From: Candidatus Altiarchaeota archaeon
GTDB lineage: Archaea > Altiarchaeota > Altiarchaeia > IMC4 > QMZM01
Direction of reading: 5' to 3'
Length of the DNA: 23,996 nt
NCBI GenBank assembly: GCA_016931955.1
Contig: JAFGDV010000005.1
Location: 1 to 23,996, forward strand
Position 1 is the stretch's first letter, and each line of letters starts with the position of its first letter. Both the position numbers and the translations under genes were made by a program. Below the pieces are notes generated by a model that worked only from the letters and a program-made list of their open reading frames with translations, made no database searches and was not told where the DNA came from. Shown in pieces: positions 9,600 to 18,381 of this stretch.

Positions 9600-10828
9600 A
9601 AGAGATTTTTAGGAGGGATTTTGGTAATGGCCTGGTTTTGTTGGCTGAGGATAGACCGAATACTAAGAAGGCGGCTTTGTTTGTCGGCGTTGGGGTGGGC
9701 TCTGTCAACGAAGATGATAGATTGAATGGTGGATCGCACTTCAACGAGCATCTGCTGTTCAAGTCGAACCAGCACCGCACCGCCCGGGAGATAATCGAGG
9801 ATCTGGAGTACTCAGGCTCCATCGTGAACGCCTGCACCACGTGGAAGTATACTGGGTTCTATGCGAAGACACCACAAAAAAGCCTCCAAGAGGCGGTCCG
9901 CATACTCTTCGAGGCCGCGACGAACCTTGACTACGACGAAAAAGAATTCGAGCTCGAACGCCAGGTCATCCTGACAGAGATACAGAACTTCATCAATTCC
10001 CCGGAAAAACATGCCTTGACTGGCCTATTCATTCCGACGCTCTTCTCTGGGACTCCCCTGAAACGCAAGATAGAGGGCACTGTCGGATCAATGGGTAAGA
10101 TCAGAAAGAGGGAACTTGAATCATTCAAGAAGAGGTATTATGTTCCTAGTAACATGGTCATCGCAGTCTGCGGGAGATTCGACAGAAAAAAACTGGAGGA
10201 GATGGTTGGTTCAACCTTCGGAACATTAAAGAGGGGGCACGTTCCCCGGAAGGCGAAAATACAGATAGGTAATCGCCGCCGCTTCAAGGAGGAGAAACGC
10301 TCAGACATAAACCAATGCTATATGCACTTAGGCTACCGAGTTCCTGGCTTCTCTGGGAGGGACTTCTTCCCCTTGGAGATGCTGTCTTCACTGCTCTCCG
10401 AGGGTATGTCGTCGCGGATGTTCCATGAGCTGCGGGAGACGAGGGGGATAGGTTACTCAGTCGGCAACTTCTTCTACCCTAATGGGGATGAGGGCATGTT
10501 CATCTCCCACGCAGACGGCTTCGATCCTCGAAGGACTGAAGAAGCTAAGGACGTTATACTGACGATATTCGATGACCTGAAGAAGAACAAGGTGGGAAAG
10601 AGAGAATTCAATGGAACGAAGAAGCTCATGATCTCACACTACGACGACGTGTTGGAGAAGATAACCGAACGCTCGATGATGATGTTCTTATCCGAGTTCT
10701 TTAGGATACCGTTCGATTTCAGGGAGAAGGAGAAACACATCAAAGACGTTAGTAGAGAGGATATCCTGGAGGCTGCGAGGGAATACTTGTTGGGGGAATA
10801 CGTCCTGACTTTGCTGAGCCCAGGGTAA
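9596..10828 (+). CDS. M16 (pitrilysin/insulinase) family zinc peptidase
   Basis: Inverted zinc motif HFNEH, downstream ERQVILTE, YYVPSNM and C-domain SSRMFHELRE..GIGY. ATG 9596 overlaps the xpd TGA (ATGA). No signal peptide is visible. Confidence 0.92.
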   Translation: MKEIFRRDFGNGLVLLAEDRPNTKKAALFVGVGVGSVNEDDRLNGGSHFNEHLLFKSNQHRTAREIIEDLEYSGSIVNACTTWKYTGFYAKTPQKSLQEAVRILFEAATNLDYDEKEFELERQVILTEIQNFINSPEKHALTGLFIPTLFSGTPLKRKIEGTVGSMGKIRKRELESFKKRYYVPSNMVIAVCGRFDRKKLEEMVGSTFGTLKRGHVPRKAKIQIGNRRRFKEEKRSDINQCYMHLGYRVPGFSGRDFFPLEMLSSLLSEGMSSRMFHELRETRGIGYSVGNFFYPNGDEGMFISHADGFDPRRTEEAKDVILTIFDDLKKNKVGKREFNGTKKLMISHYDDVLEKITERSMMMFLSEFFRIPFDFREKEKHIKDVSREDILEAAREYLLGEYVLTLLSPG

Positions 10829-10895
10829 TTAATAAGGATAGAATACCCTATCGTATAAACTATAAGTCGCTTCTTCTCCAGTTATTTCAGCAGAA

Positions 10896-13484
10896 ATGAT
10901 AACCTTCCAAGAAGAGCCCTACCCAGACGATAGGACCTATGGGATACTATGCCCCCTGGTGAAGAGATGGTTTAAGGGGAAGTTCCGAGAGTTTGCCGTA
11001 CCCCAAAAGTACGCCCTGCTTAACATACACAATAGGCTTAACACATTGGTTTCCGCCCCAACTGGATCGGGTAAGACCCTCACTGCTTTTCTGTCCATAA
11101 TAAATGAGCTGGCGTCTCTCTCAGAGAAGAACATGCTGGAGGATAAGGTCTACTGCGTTTATATTTCCCCCCTAAAGGCATTAAACAACGACATAGAGAA
11201 GAACCTTAGAGAACCCCTGACTGAGATGGAGGAGCTCATAGGAAAGCCCATGGGCATCAGGGTCGTGGTTAGGACAGGCGACACACCCTCTTCCGCTAAG
11301 TCGAGGATGTTGGACAAACCGCCGCATATCCTGATAACAACACCTGAGACGCTATCCATCGTCCTGAATGCCCCGAAGTTCAGGCAACTCCTAAAGGACG
11401 TGAAATGGGTCATCGTAGACGAAATACATTCACTCGCCGAGAACAAGAGAGGAGTGCATCTGAGCCTTACATTGGAGAGGCTGCAGAATCTGGCTGGGAG
11501 GTTCACCCGGATTGGTTTATCTGCCACTATCTCCCCACTAGATAAAGTGGGTGAATTCCTCGTAGGCTACGAGAACGGGGAAGTGAGGGACTGCAGGATC
11601 ATAGATGTTCAGTTCCTCAAGAAACTGGACCTCAAGGTTCTGACTCCTGTAAAGAATATAATGGACACCACCCAAGATGAGCTCCAGAACTCCCTCTACA
11701 GGCTCATTGACGACCTGGTGTCCTCACACAAGACAACGCTGATCTTCACCAACACACGCAGCGGGACTGAGAGGGTGGTGCACAACCTCAAGAGCAGGTT
11801 TCCTAACAGATACAGCGACAACATCGGAGCCCATCACTCATCCCTCTCCAGGGAACACCGGGTTGCTGTTGAGAACAGCCTGAAGGAGGGCAGACTAAAG
11901 TGCGTTGTTTCCTCGACCAGCCTGGAGCTTGGGATCGACATAGGTTACATCGACTTGGTAATATTACTCGGTTCGCCGAAGTCTGTAGCAAGAGCCCTGC
12001 AGAGGGTGGGCAGGTCAGGGCACAGGCTTCATGAGACCGCAAAGGGTAGGATCATCGTAATGGATAGAGACGATCTGGTGGAATGCTCCGTACTATTGAA
12101 GAACGCACTCGAAGGGAACATAGATAAGATCCATATTCCAACAAATTGTTTGGATGTTCTCGCACAACAGATCTATGGGATCTGCATCGAGGAGAAACAG
12201 TACATAGAGAACATCTTCCACCTCGTTAGGAGGAGCTACTGCTACCATGACATCCTCAGACAAGACTTTGACTCGGTTTTGGACTACCTATCAGGTGAAT
12301 ACGTCGCCTTGGAGGAGAGGAGCGTCTACGCGAAGATATGGGTCGACCATATGACAGGGATGATGGGTAAACGCAGTAAACTCGCACGGGTCCTATACTC
12401 AACCAATGTGGGCACGATACCTGAGGAATCCTATGTGACGGTAAAGATCGGAACACAGAGGGTGGGCAAGGTAGAGGAGGGCTTCCTGGAGCGGCTGAAG
12501 AAGGGCGACATCTTCGTCTTAGGAGGTAACATATACCAGTTCAGATACGCCAGAGGCCAGACAGCCCAGGTATCCCCAGCAGTGGGTAGAGTCCCCACAG
12601 TCCCCTCATGGTTCTCAGAGCAGCTTCCTTTGAGCTTCGATCTGGCGTCGAGTGTGGGCAGATTCCGCCGCCTGATGGAGGAGAGGCTTGATATAGGAGA
12701 GGGAAAAGACGACATCGTTAAATTCATCCTAGACTTCCTCTACGTGGACGAGAACTCGGCTAATTCACTCTATGAGTACATTAGGGAGCAGTTCCTGTAT
12801 GCTGAGATCCCAACAGACAAGAGGGTTCTGGTCGAATTCTATCGGGGATTCAGGGGTGAAAAGTATGTCATATTTCACTCCCTGTACGGCAGGAGGGTGA
12901 ATGACGCACTATCCAGAGCCATAGCCTACGTCATATCCAAGCGCGAGAGACGGGACATCATGATATCCCTCACAGACAACGGCTTCTATCTCTCAGCCGG
13001 TTCCAGCGGAGTCAACGCGCTGCAGGCTCTCGAAGACATCAAGTCCCTAGATCTTAGGAAGACCCTGACTAAGGCAATCGACAGAACAGAGGTTCTAGCC
13101 CGCCGCTTCAGGCATTGCGCAACCCGCAGCCTCATGATCCTGCGAACCTATAAAGGACGTAGGAAGTCTATCGGCAGACAGCAGATCGGCTCCAAGGTCC
13201 TACTGAACTTCGTCAAAAAACTGCCTGGAGAGTTCCCTATCCTTAAGGAAGCGAGGCGTGAGGTCTTAGAGGATCTCATGGATGTCAGTAACGCTGAGAA
13301 GATACTCAACGGAATCAGGTCTGGCGAGATAAGGATTGAGGAGGTTTCCACCGAAATCCCGTCCCCTTTCGCATTGAACCTCATCGCTCAAGGCTACATG
13401 GATTACCTCAGATTAGAGGAGCGCCTTGAGTTCATAAAGAGAATGCATGAAGCTACTCTACGCAGGATCGGTCTGAAGAGATGA
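10896..13484 (+). CDS. lhr: Lhr-family SF2 ATP-dependent helicase
   Basis: [67 protein letters not shown] and a C-terminal PSPF; 862 aa. Confidence 0.95.
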   Translation: MITFQEEPYPDDRTYGILCPLVKRWFKGKFREFAVPQKYALLNIHNRLNTLVSAPTGSGKTLTAFLSIINELASLSEKNMLEDKVYCVYISPLKALNNDIEKNLREPLTEMEELIGKPMGIRVVVRTGDTPSSAKSRMLDKPPHILITTPETLSIVLNAPKFRQLLKDVKWVIVDEIHSLAENKRGVHLSLTLERLQNLAGRFTRIGLSATISPLDKVGEFLVGYENGEVRDCRIIDVQFLKKLDLKVLTPVKNIMDTTQDELQNSLYRLIDDLVSSHKTTLIFTNTRSGTERVVHNLKSRFPNRYSDNIGAHHSSLSREHRVAVENSLKEGRLKCVVSSTSLELGIDIGYIDLVILLGSPKSVARALQRVGRSGHRLHETAKGRIIVMDRDDLVECSVLLKNALEGNIDKIHIPTNCLDVLAQQIYGICIEEKQYIENIFHLVRRSYCYHDILRQDFDSVLDYLSGEYVALEERSVYAKIWVDHMTGMMGKRSKLARVLYSTNVGTIPEESYVTVKIGTQRVGKVEEGFLERLKKGDIFVLGGNIYQFRYARGQTAQVSPAVGRVPTVPSWFSEQLPLSFDLASSVGRFRRLMEERLDIGEGKDDIVKFILDFLYVDENSANSLYEYIREQFLYAEIPTDKRVLVEFYRGFRGEKYVIFHSLYGRRVNDALSRAIAYVISKRERRDIMISLTDNGFYLSAGSSGVNALQALEDIKSLDLRKTLTKAIDRTEVLARRFRHCATRSLMILRTYKGRRKSIGRQQIGSKVLLNFVKKLPGEFPILKEARREVLEDLMDVSNAEKILNGIRSGEIRIEEVSTEIPSPFALNLIAQGYMDYLRLEERLEFIKRMHEATLRRIGLKR

Positions 13485-14300
13485 TCATTTGGTTATCATC
13501 GTCCCATTGCCGCGCTCCGTTAGCAGTTCCCCGAGGATTGCGTGCTCTCCAGCCTTTATGATATGCACCTGCTCCACCCCCTGATCGATTGCCTTGATCC
13601 CGGACTCGAGTTTAGGTATCATCCCACCCGTCACTGTCTTGTTTTTTACGAGTTTTTTAGCCTCACTGACGCCTACCTTCCCTATCAGCCTGCCTTCTTT
13701 ATCCAGGACGCCTTCCACATTGGTCAGATTTATTATCTTTGTCGCATTCAATGCTTTTGCGAGCGCCCCTGCCGCCACATCTGCATTGATGTTCAGTAGC
13801 TGCCCTCCCCCATCCACGCCGATTGGATAGATCACCGGCATGTATTCGTTTTTCAGCATATCGTGTATTAGCCCCAGGTCTACATCCTCCACTTCACCAA
13901 CATACCCTAGCCCCCTCTTTTTCCTCTTCGCCCTAAACAAGCTCCCACCTAAGCCTAAAGCTATCGTTTTCTCCTTGTTCACCTTCCCTATTATCCTGTT
14001 GTTCACCTGATGCAGGCAGCTTACCACAACATCCAGCGTCTTTTCGTCGGTTATCCTCTCACCCCGTATAAAGCGCGGCTTCAATCCGAGTTTCTCCATC
14101 TTGGAGGATATCAAGGTGCCGGCGCCGTGCATGACTATTATCTTTATGCCAACATCATGCAATAGGATCAGGTCTAAGGCAATCGACTCCAGTACTTTCT
14201 CATCCGAGAGGATCTCCCCACTGAACTTTATTATGAACACCTGATCCTTGAATTTCTTGATGTAGTGGAGAGCCTCAATCAACTCCCTAGTATTCGCCAT
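13485..14300 (-). CDS. argB: Acetylglutamate kinase
   Basis: LIEALHYIKKF N-terminal helix, GERITD, GYVGEV, NINAD, LTNVEG, GGMIPK and ELLTERGNGT. Confidence 0.88.
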   Translation of the reverse strand: MANTRELIEALHYIKKFKDQVFIIKFSGEILSDEKVLESIALDLILLHDVGIKIIVMHGAGTLISSKMEKLGLKPRFIRGERITDEKTLDVVVSCLHQVNNRIIGKVNKEKTIALGLGGSLFRAKRKKRGLGYVGEVEDVDLGLIHDMLKNEYMPVIYPIGVDGGGQLLNINADVAAGALAKALNATKIINLTNVEGVLDKEGRLIGKVGVSEAKKLVKNKTVTGGMIPKLESGIKAIDQGVEQVHIIKAGEHAILGELLTERGNGTMITK

Positions 14301-14338
14301 CTTCCCTTAATTATGTATACTCTAGGGATAAAAACAGG

Positions 14339-14866
14339 TTAGAATAGTAGGGATAGAACCAAGGTCCATAGGAAAAAAAACAACAGAGTGAGGCTGACCC
14401 ACAGAAACAATCCCTTCAGTATCTTTACTACATAACCACCTCGCTTTCGCAACTCAAAAAACCAGAGCACCATGTAGGATGCCAGAATAGATGTTGATAG
14501 CACATAATAGACTATATCCGTCATCCTTGGGATGAAGTGGACACCAGAGGTTACTCCACCAAGAGACCTTTTTCCCATGTATTCCACGCACAATTCGTCC
14601 GTCGGAGCCATGGCATAATATAGTAGCGCGGGCAGCATGACCAACAGGATGAGAAAGACCATACCATCAGTGTTCTTTTTCAGGGAGAATAGACATGCGA
14701 TGGGATAACCCAGCAGCGAAAAAAAGATGGAAAAGAAAAAGTATCTCCAGAATTCATCAATGAACAACACAGGAATGAATACAAACAGCGAAAGATAGAT
14801 TGCAATAAGGACAAGGGAGATGATGACCCTTTTCCGGTCAGGCTTCAGTAGATTCCTCACCCACAT
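14339..14866 (-). CDS. Hypothetical integral membrane protein (about 5 TM helices)
   Basis: 175-aa ATG-started ORF with several long hydrophobic stretches that fills the gap between argB and the CAP gene. Confidence 0.75.
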   Translation of the reverse strand: MWVRNLLKPDRKRVIISLVLIAIYLSLFVFIPVLFIDEFWRYFFFSIFFSLLGYPIACLFSLKKNTDGMVFLILLVMLPALLYYAMAPTDELCVEYMGKRSLGGVTSGVHFIPRMTDIVYYVLSTSILASYMVLWFFELRKRGGYVVKILKGLFLWVSLTLLFFFLWTLVLSLLF

Positions 14867-14879
14867 CTTACATCAAAGA

Positions 14880-14886
14880 TATTTAT
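14880..14886 (+). promoter_or_regulatory. Putative TATA box for the CAP-domain gene
   Basis: TATTTAT 24 nt before GTG 14911. Confidence 0.5.
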
Positions 14887-14910
14887 TGTATACATCCTAG
14901 ATAAGTTACC

Positions 14911-15444
14911 GTGGATGACCCAGACTCTCTTCTAACACTGGTTTTAATAGCCATCATAGTGCTCATAGTAACCCGATACGACAGCAGGAGGGCGAATATC
15001 TCCTCCCTAGAATATAAGGTCTATTCTTGCGTGAACCTTGAGCGAACGCGGATGGGTCTGTCAGCCCTCGAATTAAACGATGCCATGTCGGACGTGGCTA
15101 GGAAGCACAGCAGGGACATGGCTCATAGATCCTATTTCTCCCACAAGAATCTAACAGGCGAATCACATTCAGAGAGGCTTGAAGGTGAGGACATACACGT
15201 AGAGGGGGTGTCGGCGGAAAACATAGCAAAGTATAGCATCGTCTCCTCCATAACACAACCAGATAACATAAAGTCCTACCGCTCCCTGGATGAGTTAGCG
15301 AAGGCAGTGGTGAGTGGATGGATGCACAGCACAGGCCACCGGAAGAACATAGGCAACGCTGATTTCAGGAATACGGGTATTGGAGTATCACTCGGCCTCG
15401 ACGGGGAAACATACTATTTCACTCAGGTCTTCACAGGCGGCTAG
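14911..15444 (+). CDS. CAP/SCP-domain protein with N-terminal membrane anchor
   Basis: VNLER..GL..L, ARKHSRDM...YFSH, AENIA, WMHSTGHRKNI, GIGV and YFTQVF, with a hydrophobic N-terminus. Confidence 0.92.
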   Translation: MDDPDSLLTLVLIAIIVLIVTRYDSRRANISSLEYKVYSCVNLERTRMGLSALELNDAMSDVARKHSRDMAHRSYFSHKNLTGESHSERLEGEDIHVEGVSAENIAKYSIVSSITQPDNIKSYRSLDELAKAVVSGWMHSTGHRKNIGNADFRNTGIGVSLGLDGETYYFTQVFTGG

Positions 15445-16391
15445 CTGCTCAGTATATGATCCACTTTCTCGATAAAACGCCAGCATATGATCAACTGCGC
15501 GAGGTTTGTTGAGGTGATGTATTCCCCCCCTTTGCTGAATAGGTGAGTTTCCTCCCTACCAGTATACGCGCTTATCTTCGCCTCAAGGCTCTCTACAACA
15601 TCCCTGTGAATCATCCCATCCATGGACAGTATCCCGACATTGTGTCCATAGTAGTCGTCTCTCTGGAACTCCAGGCTAAAGTTCTTCTTTGACAGTTGCA
15701 GGAGCGTTGATAAATCAATCGACAGGTTCATTTCACTCAACGGCACGTCCACTATCCTCTGCATAAGCCGTATAGAGTACACATCCGGCTCGGTATAACG
15801 AGATTCCTGGACCTGAATCAAGACCTCAGCGTATATCTTCTGAACGTCAACGTATTTCTCGTAGTCGGGCTCCCTTACCATCATCTCCTCCAGGACGTCT
15901 TCTTTTTTATGCCCCCTCTGCCCCACATCCCTTTTAATCTTCCACTTTCTCTTGACTCTGCGGTCAGGGTCGACGAAGATCTTAAAATCAGATAGTTCCC
16001 GCAATTCCTCGCTGAAGAAGGGATGCAGTCCTTCAATGATCACCACCTTTGTCGGCTTAAAGGGCACTGGTTCCCTGAATGTGCCGTCTGAGTGATCATA
16101 CACTGGCTTCATTATTTCACGGCCCCCCCTCAATTCGCCCAAATCTTGGACCAACCTGCCAAGATCGTTTGCCCCAGGATTCAGCGGCGTGACACCCTTC
16201 TCCTTCCTCTGTTTACGGTCAAGGGAGTGGTAGTCGTCCAGTGAAAAGGAGCTGACCAAGTCGTCACCAAGAATCCTTTTTATGCCTTCCACAAAAGTAG
16301 TCTTCCCCGACCCGCTGTCCCCAGCAACCCCCACAACAAATACCCTATCGGATCCAAACAGCCGTTCCTTAAAAGACATCCCATTAATCAT
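15441..16391 (-). CDS. prk: Phosphoribulokinase, archaeal type
   Basis: GVAGDSGSGKTT, LDDYHSLDR, TPLNP, KPVYDHSDG, EGLHP and KIKRDVGQRGH. DDYH..DR and EGLHP favour PRK over uridine kinase. Alternative start ATG 16379. Confidence 0.88.
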   Translation of the reverse strand: MINGMSFKERLFGSDRVFVVGVAGDSGSGKTTFVEGIKRILGDDLVSSFSLDDYHSLDRKQRKEKGVTPLNPGANDLGRLVQDLGELRGGREIMKPVYDHSDGTFREPVPFKPTKVVIIEGLHPFFSEELRELSDFKIFVDPDRRVKRKWKIKRDVGQRGHKKEDVLEEMMVREPDYEKYVDVQKIYAEVLIQVQESRYTEPDVYSIRLMQRIVDVPLSEMNLSIDLSTLLQLSKKNFSLEFQRDDYYGHNVGILSMDGMIHRDVVESLEAKISAYTGREETHLFSKGGEYITSTNLAQLIICWRFIEKVDHILSS

Positions 16392-16418
16392 TTACGTGAG
16401 ACAACATAAAACCAAGGG

Positions 16419-16425
16419 TATTTAT
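16419..16425. promoter_or_regulatory. TATA-like element in the prk / small-Cys-protein divergent gap
   Basis: Reads TATTTAT on + and ATAAATA on -; it is 27 nt from prk ATG 16391 and 36 nt from ATG 16462. Confidence 0.45.
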
Positions 16426-16448
16426 CCAAGCGTATCCATTAGTTAAGC

Positions 16449-16454
16449 GAGGTG
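16449..16454 (+). promoter_or_regulatory. Shine-Dalgarno site for the small 4-Cys ORF
   Basis: GAGGTG, 7 nt upstream of ATG 16462. Confidence 0.7.
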
Positions 16455-16461
16455 GTTTAGG

Positions 16462-16632
16462 ATGGATGTTGAGTACATCCTCAACGGCCCAGTTGGGGAG
16501 ACCTGCATCGACTGCGTTAATTTCAGGCATAACGTGGAGGATCCTTCCAAGGGGACATGCTTCGGCAGAGAGGTTGCCGCAACAGGCCGCTGCAAGTTTT
16601 TCAAGAAAAAAACAACTAGGGTTTCTCATTAA
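16462..16632 (+). CDS. Small (56 aa) four-cysteine putative metal/Fe-S-binding protein, not in the ORF track
   Basis: Hand translation: MDVEYILNGPVGETCIDCVNFRHNVEDPSKGTCFGREVAATGRCKFFKKKTTRVSH*. Pattern C15-x2-C18-x14-C33-x10-C44, strong SD, and it fills an otherwise empty 220-bp gap. Confidence 0.8.
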   Translation: MDVEYILNGPVGETCIDCVNFRHNVEDPSKGTCFGREVAATGRCKFFKKKTTRVSH

Positions 16633-16960
16633 GCGTGTAGCAGTTTCTGCCAGCATCTATTATGTAACCAACGTAGGGTTGATAGCTCAGCAGCGATAAT
16701 ATGAAAGAGGACCAGAAGCCTGCTTCAATCCCCCCAACCAGATCGTCTGCACACAACATCCCTTTCTCAGCCAATAGATGCCACACCTCCCTGATCCACT
16801 TGACATCGATGAACTCCGGCTCAGAGCTCTCCTTAGTCATCACAGAGACACCCTCATCAGAGAAATCCACTACAGTAACATCTCCGACTCCGCAGATCCT
16901 AACCACCTTATTAGCGGACAGAAAATCTTTTACATCACACCAAACATCCTGAAAATCCAT
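16616..16960 (-). CDS. Hypothetical protein (114 aa)
   Basis: Globular-looking ORF from ATG 16960 (MDFQDVW...), with TATTAATA 26 nt upstream. The ORF-track extension to 17062 would overlap the divergent gene. Confidence 0.7.
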   Translation of the reverse strand: MDFQDVWCDVKDFLSANKVVRICGVGDVTVVDFSDEGVSVMTKESSEPEFIDVKWIREVWHLLAEKGMLCADDLVGGIEAGFWSSFILSLLSYQPYVGYIIDAGRNCYTLNEKP

Positions 16961-16986
16961 GATATATAGAACAGGGGTTAAATAGG

Positions 16987-16994
16987 TATTAATA
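16987..16994. promoter_or_regulatory. Palindromic TATA box, possibly bidirectional
   Basis: TATTAATA is self-complementary and lies 26 nt from ATG 16960 (-) and 24 nt from ATG 17019 (+). Confidence 0.55.
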
Positions 16995-17018
16995 CAATTG
17001 ATTAACATGATCCACCCC

Positions 17019-17420
17019 ATGGGTGCGAATCTGCTGGCTCTGCTATGCATCACTGCAGGCATTCTGGGCCTGATAAGCGCATACTATGAGTGGAGCGGGG
17101 ATCCTAATGCACCAAGCTTCGTGAGAACAATACAGAACAAAGTCAACATAACAGCGTTGTGGAGTTTCATACTATCCATCCTACTCACCCTATTGGGTGT
17201 GGGCCTATGGCATATGGAGAGATGGGCTTGGAGCTTGGCCACCATAACAACACTAACAGGAGCCATCGGTTCCCTGGTAACCGCCAACGCAGGAACCTTC
17301 TTCATCAGCGTCTTCATCTTCCTCTACCTACTACATGCAAGGAAAGACTTCGAAATCCATGAAAGAAGCAGAGAAGACAAAAACGCCTGGGCAAACGCCC
17401 TAAAAAAACCCTACGAGTAA
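17019..17420 (+). CDS. Hypothetical membrane protein (about 4 TM helices)
   Basis: Hydrophobic helices with a GVGLWxxxxWAW segment; ends 7 nt before the glycosyltransferase. Start chosen by TATA spacing (alternative 17007). Confidence 0.75.
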   Translation: MGANLLALLCITAGILGLISAYYEWSGDPNAPSFVRTIQNKVNITALWSFILSILLTLLGVGLWHMERWAWSLATITTLTGAIGSLVTANAGTFFISVFIFLYLLHARKDFEIHERSREDKNAWANALKKPYE

Positions 17421-17427
17421 TAGGATC

Positions 17428-18381
17428 ATGCAACCAAAAGTCTCTATCATAATGCCATCACACAACGAAGGTAGGAACATCCACAACACGATAGAGAGCA
17501 TACTGAACAATACCGGATACGAAAACTATGAGGTAATTGTTGTCGATGATGGCTCAACGGATTCAAGCTGCGATCAACTGAACAAAGCGTATGTTAAGGC
17601 CTACAGGACAAACAGGTTAGGGGCTGCGAGGGCACGCAACTATGGAGCCTCTAAGGCAAAGGGGGAGATACTTATCTTCTTAGATGCCCACATGACCATA
17701 GGATCTAACTGGATGACGGAGATAGTTAACGAATTAGAGGAACACCCGGACAGCGTTGTTACAACAGCAGTATATAACACCAATAAGGAGACTTCACCTA
17801 TACGTCCCATAGAAGAGGATATGGGAAGGGCTTATGGAATCACCTTTGGCAACTGGCGTTTGGAGGCTGAATTCCTGCCGAAGAAAAAAGACGAGTCCTA
17901 TGAAGTTCCGATGGCTATAGGGCACTCTATTGTAGTAAGAAGGGATTTATTCAACAATGTTGGAGGATTCGACAATGGGCTTATCGTATGGAGTCTGGAG
18001 GATATAGAATTCTGCATGAGAATCTGGCTAATGGGTTTCTCTGTCCGAGTTATACCCTACGTGGAACTAGGACATAAGTTTGGGGCCTCATTCCCATACC
18101 ACATGAGTAGTTATGTAATTGATAGGAATACCCTGAGAATCGCTTTCTCCCATTTTAAACCGGAACGCTACAAGAAGGTCGTCGAGGCCTTGATGGTGGA
18201 TGACGGCTTCTGGCTTGCATACATCTCAAATCTGCTCAGCGATGTACACCTACACAGACACCAACTTCAGTCGAGAAGAAAACACAATGACGATTGGTTC
18301 TTTGAAAGATTCAACATGGAACCAAAGACCTTCGCGGAGTTATGGGAGCCCAAACCCGAGGAAGGACCCTACCTCTTGTAG
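17428..18381 (+). CDS. GT-A fold glycosyltransferase (GT2-like with ppGalNAc-T-like motifs)
   Basis: VSIIMPSHNE, VVDDGSTD, GAARARNYGA, FLDAH, GGFD..LIVWSLEDIEF..RIW..G, GHKF...FPY and RN.LR.A. Confidence 0.92.
   Translation: MQPKVSIIMPSHNEGRNIHNTIESILNNTGYENYEVIVVDDGSTDSSCDQLNKAYVKAYRTNRLGAARARNYGASKAKGEILIFLDAHMTIGSNWMTEIVNELEEHPDSVVTTAVYNTNKETSPIRPIEEDMGRAYGITFGNWRLEAEFLPKKKDESYEVPMAIGHSIVVRRDLFNNVGGFDNGLIVWSLEDIEFCMRIWLMGFSVRVIPYVELGHKFGASFPYHMSSYVIDRNTLRIAFSHFKPERYKKVVEALMVDDGFWLAYISNLLSDVHLHRHQLQSRRKHNDDWFFERFNMEPKTFAELWEPKPEEGPYLL

Noticed and set aside
10839-10854. GATAG-N6-CTATC inverted repeat upstream of lhr as an operator or terminator
   Set aside because: Only 5-bp arms and no second copy noticed; compatible with chance.
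14373-14380. A8 homopolymer as a phase-variation tract
   Set aside because: It encodes Phe codons in the last TM helix of an intact ORF, close to the stop.
15441-16391. Uridine kinase assignment
   Set aside because: DDYHSLDR, EGLHP, RD..RGH and the 316-aa length with C-terminal extension fit PRK better.
16384-16699. ORF-track ORFs 16384-16656 (-) and 16466-16699 (+)
   Set aside because: No motifs or start signals. The 16462-16632 frame has an SD and a coherent Cys pattern and explains the region better.
14339-18381. Accessory block as a mobile element or defence island
   Set aside because: No integrase, transposase, tRNA target, flanking direct repeats or recognisable defence domains were seen.
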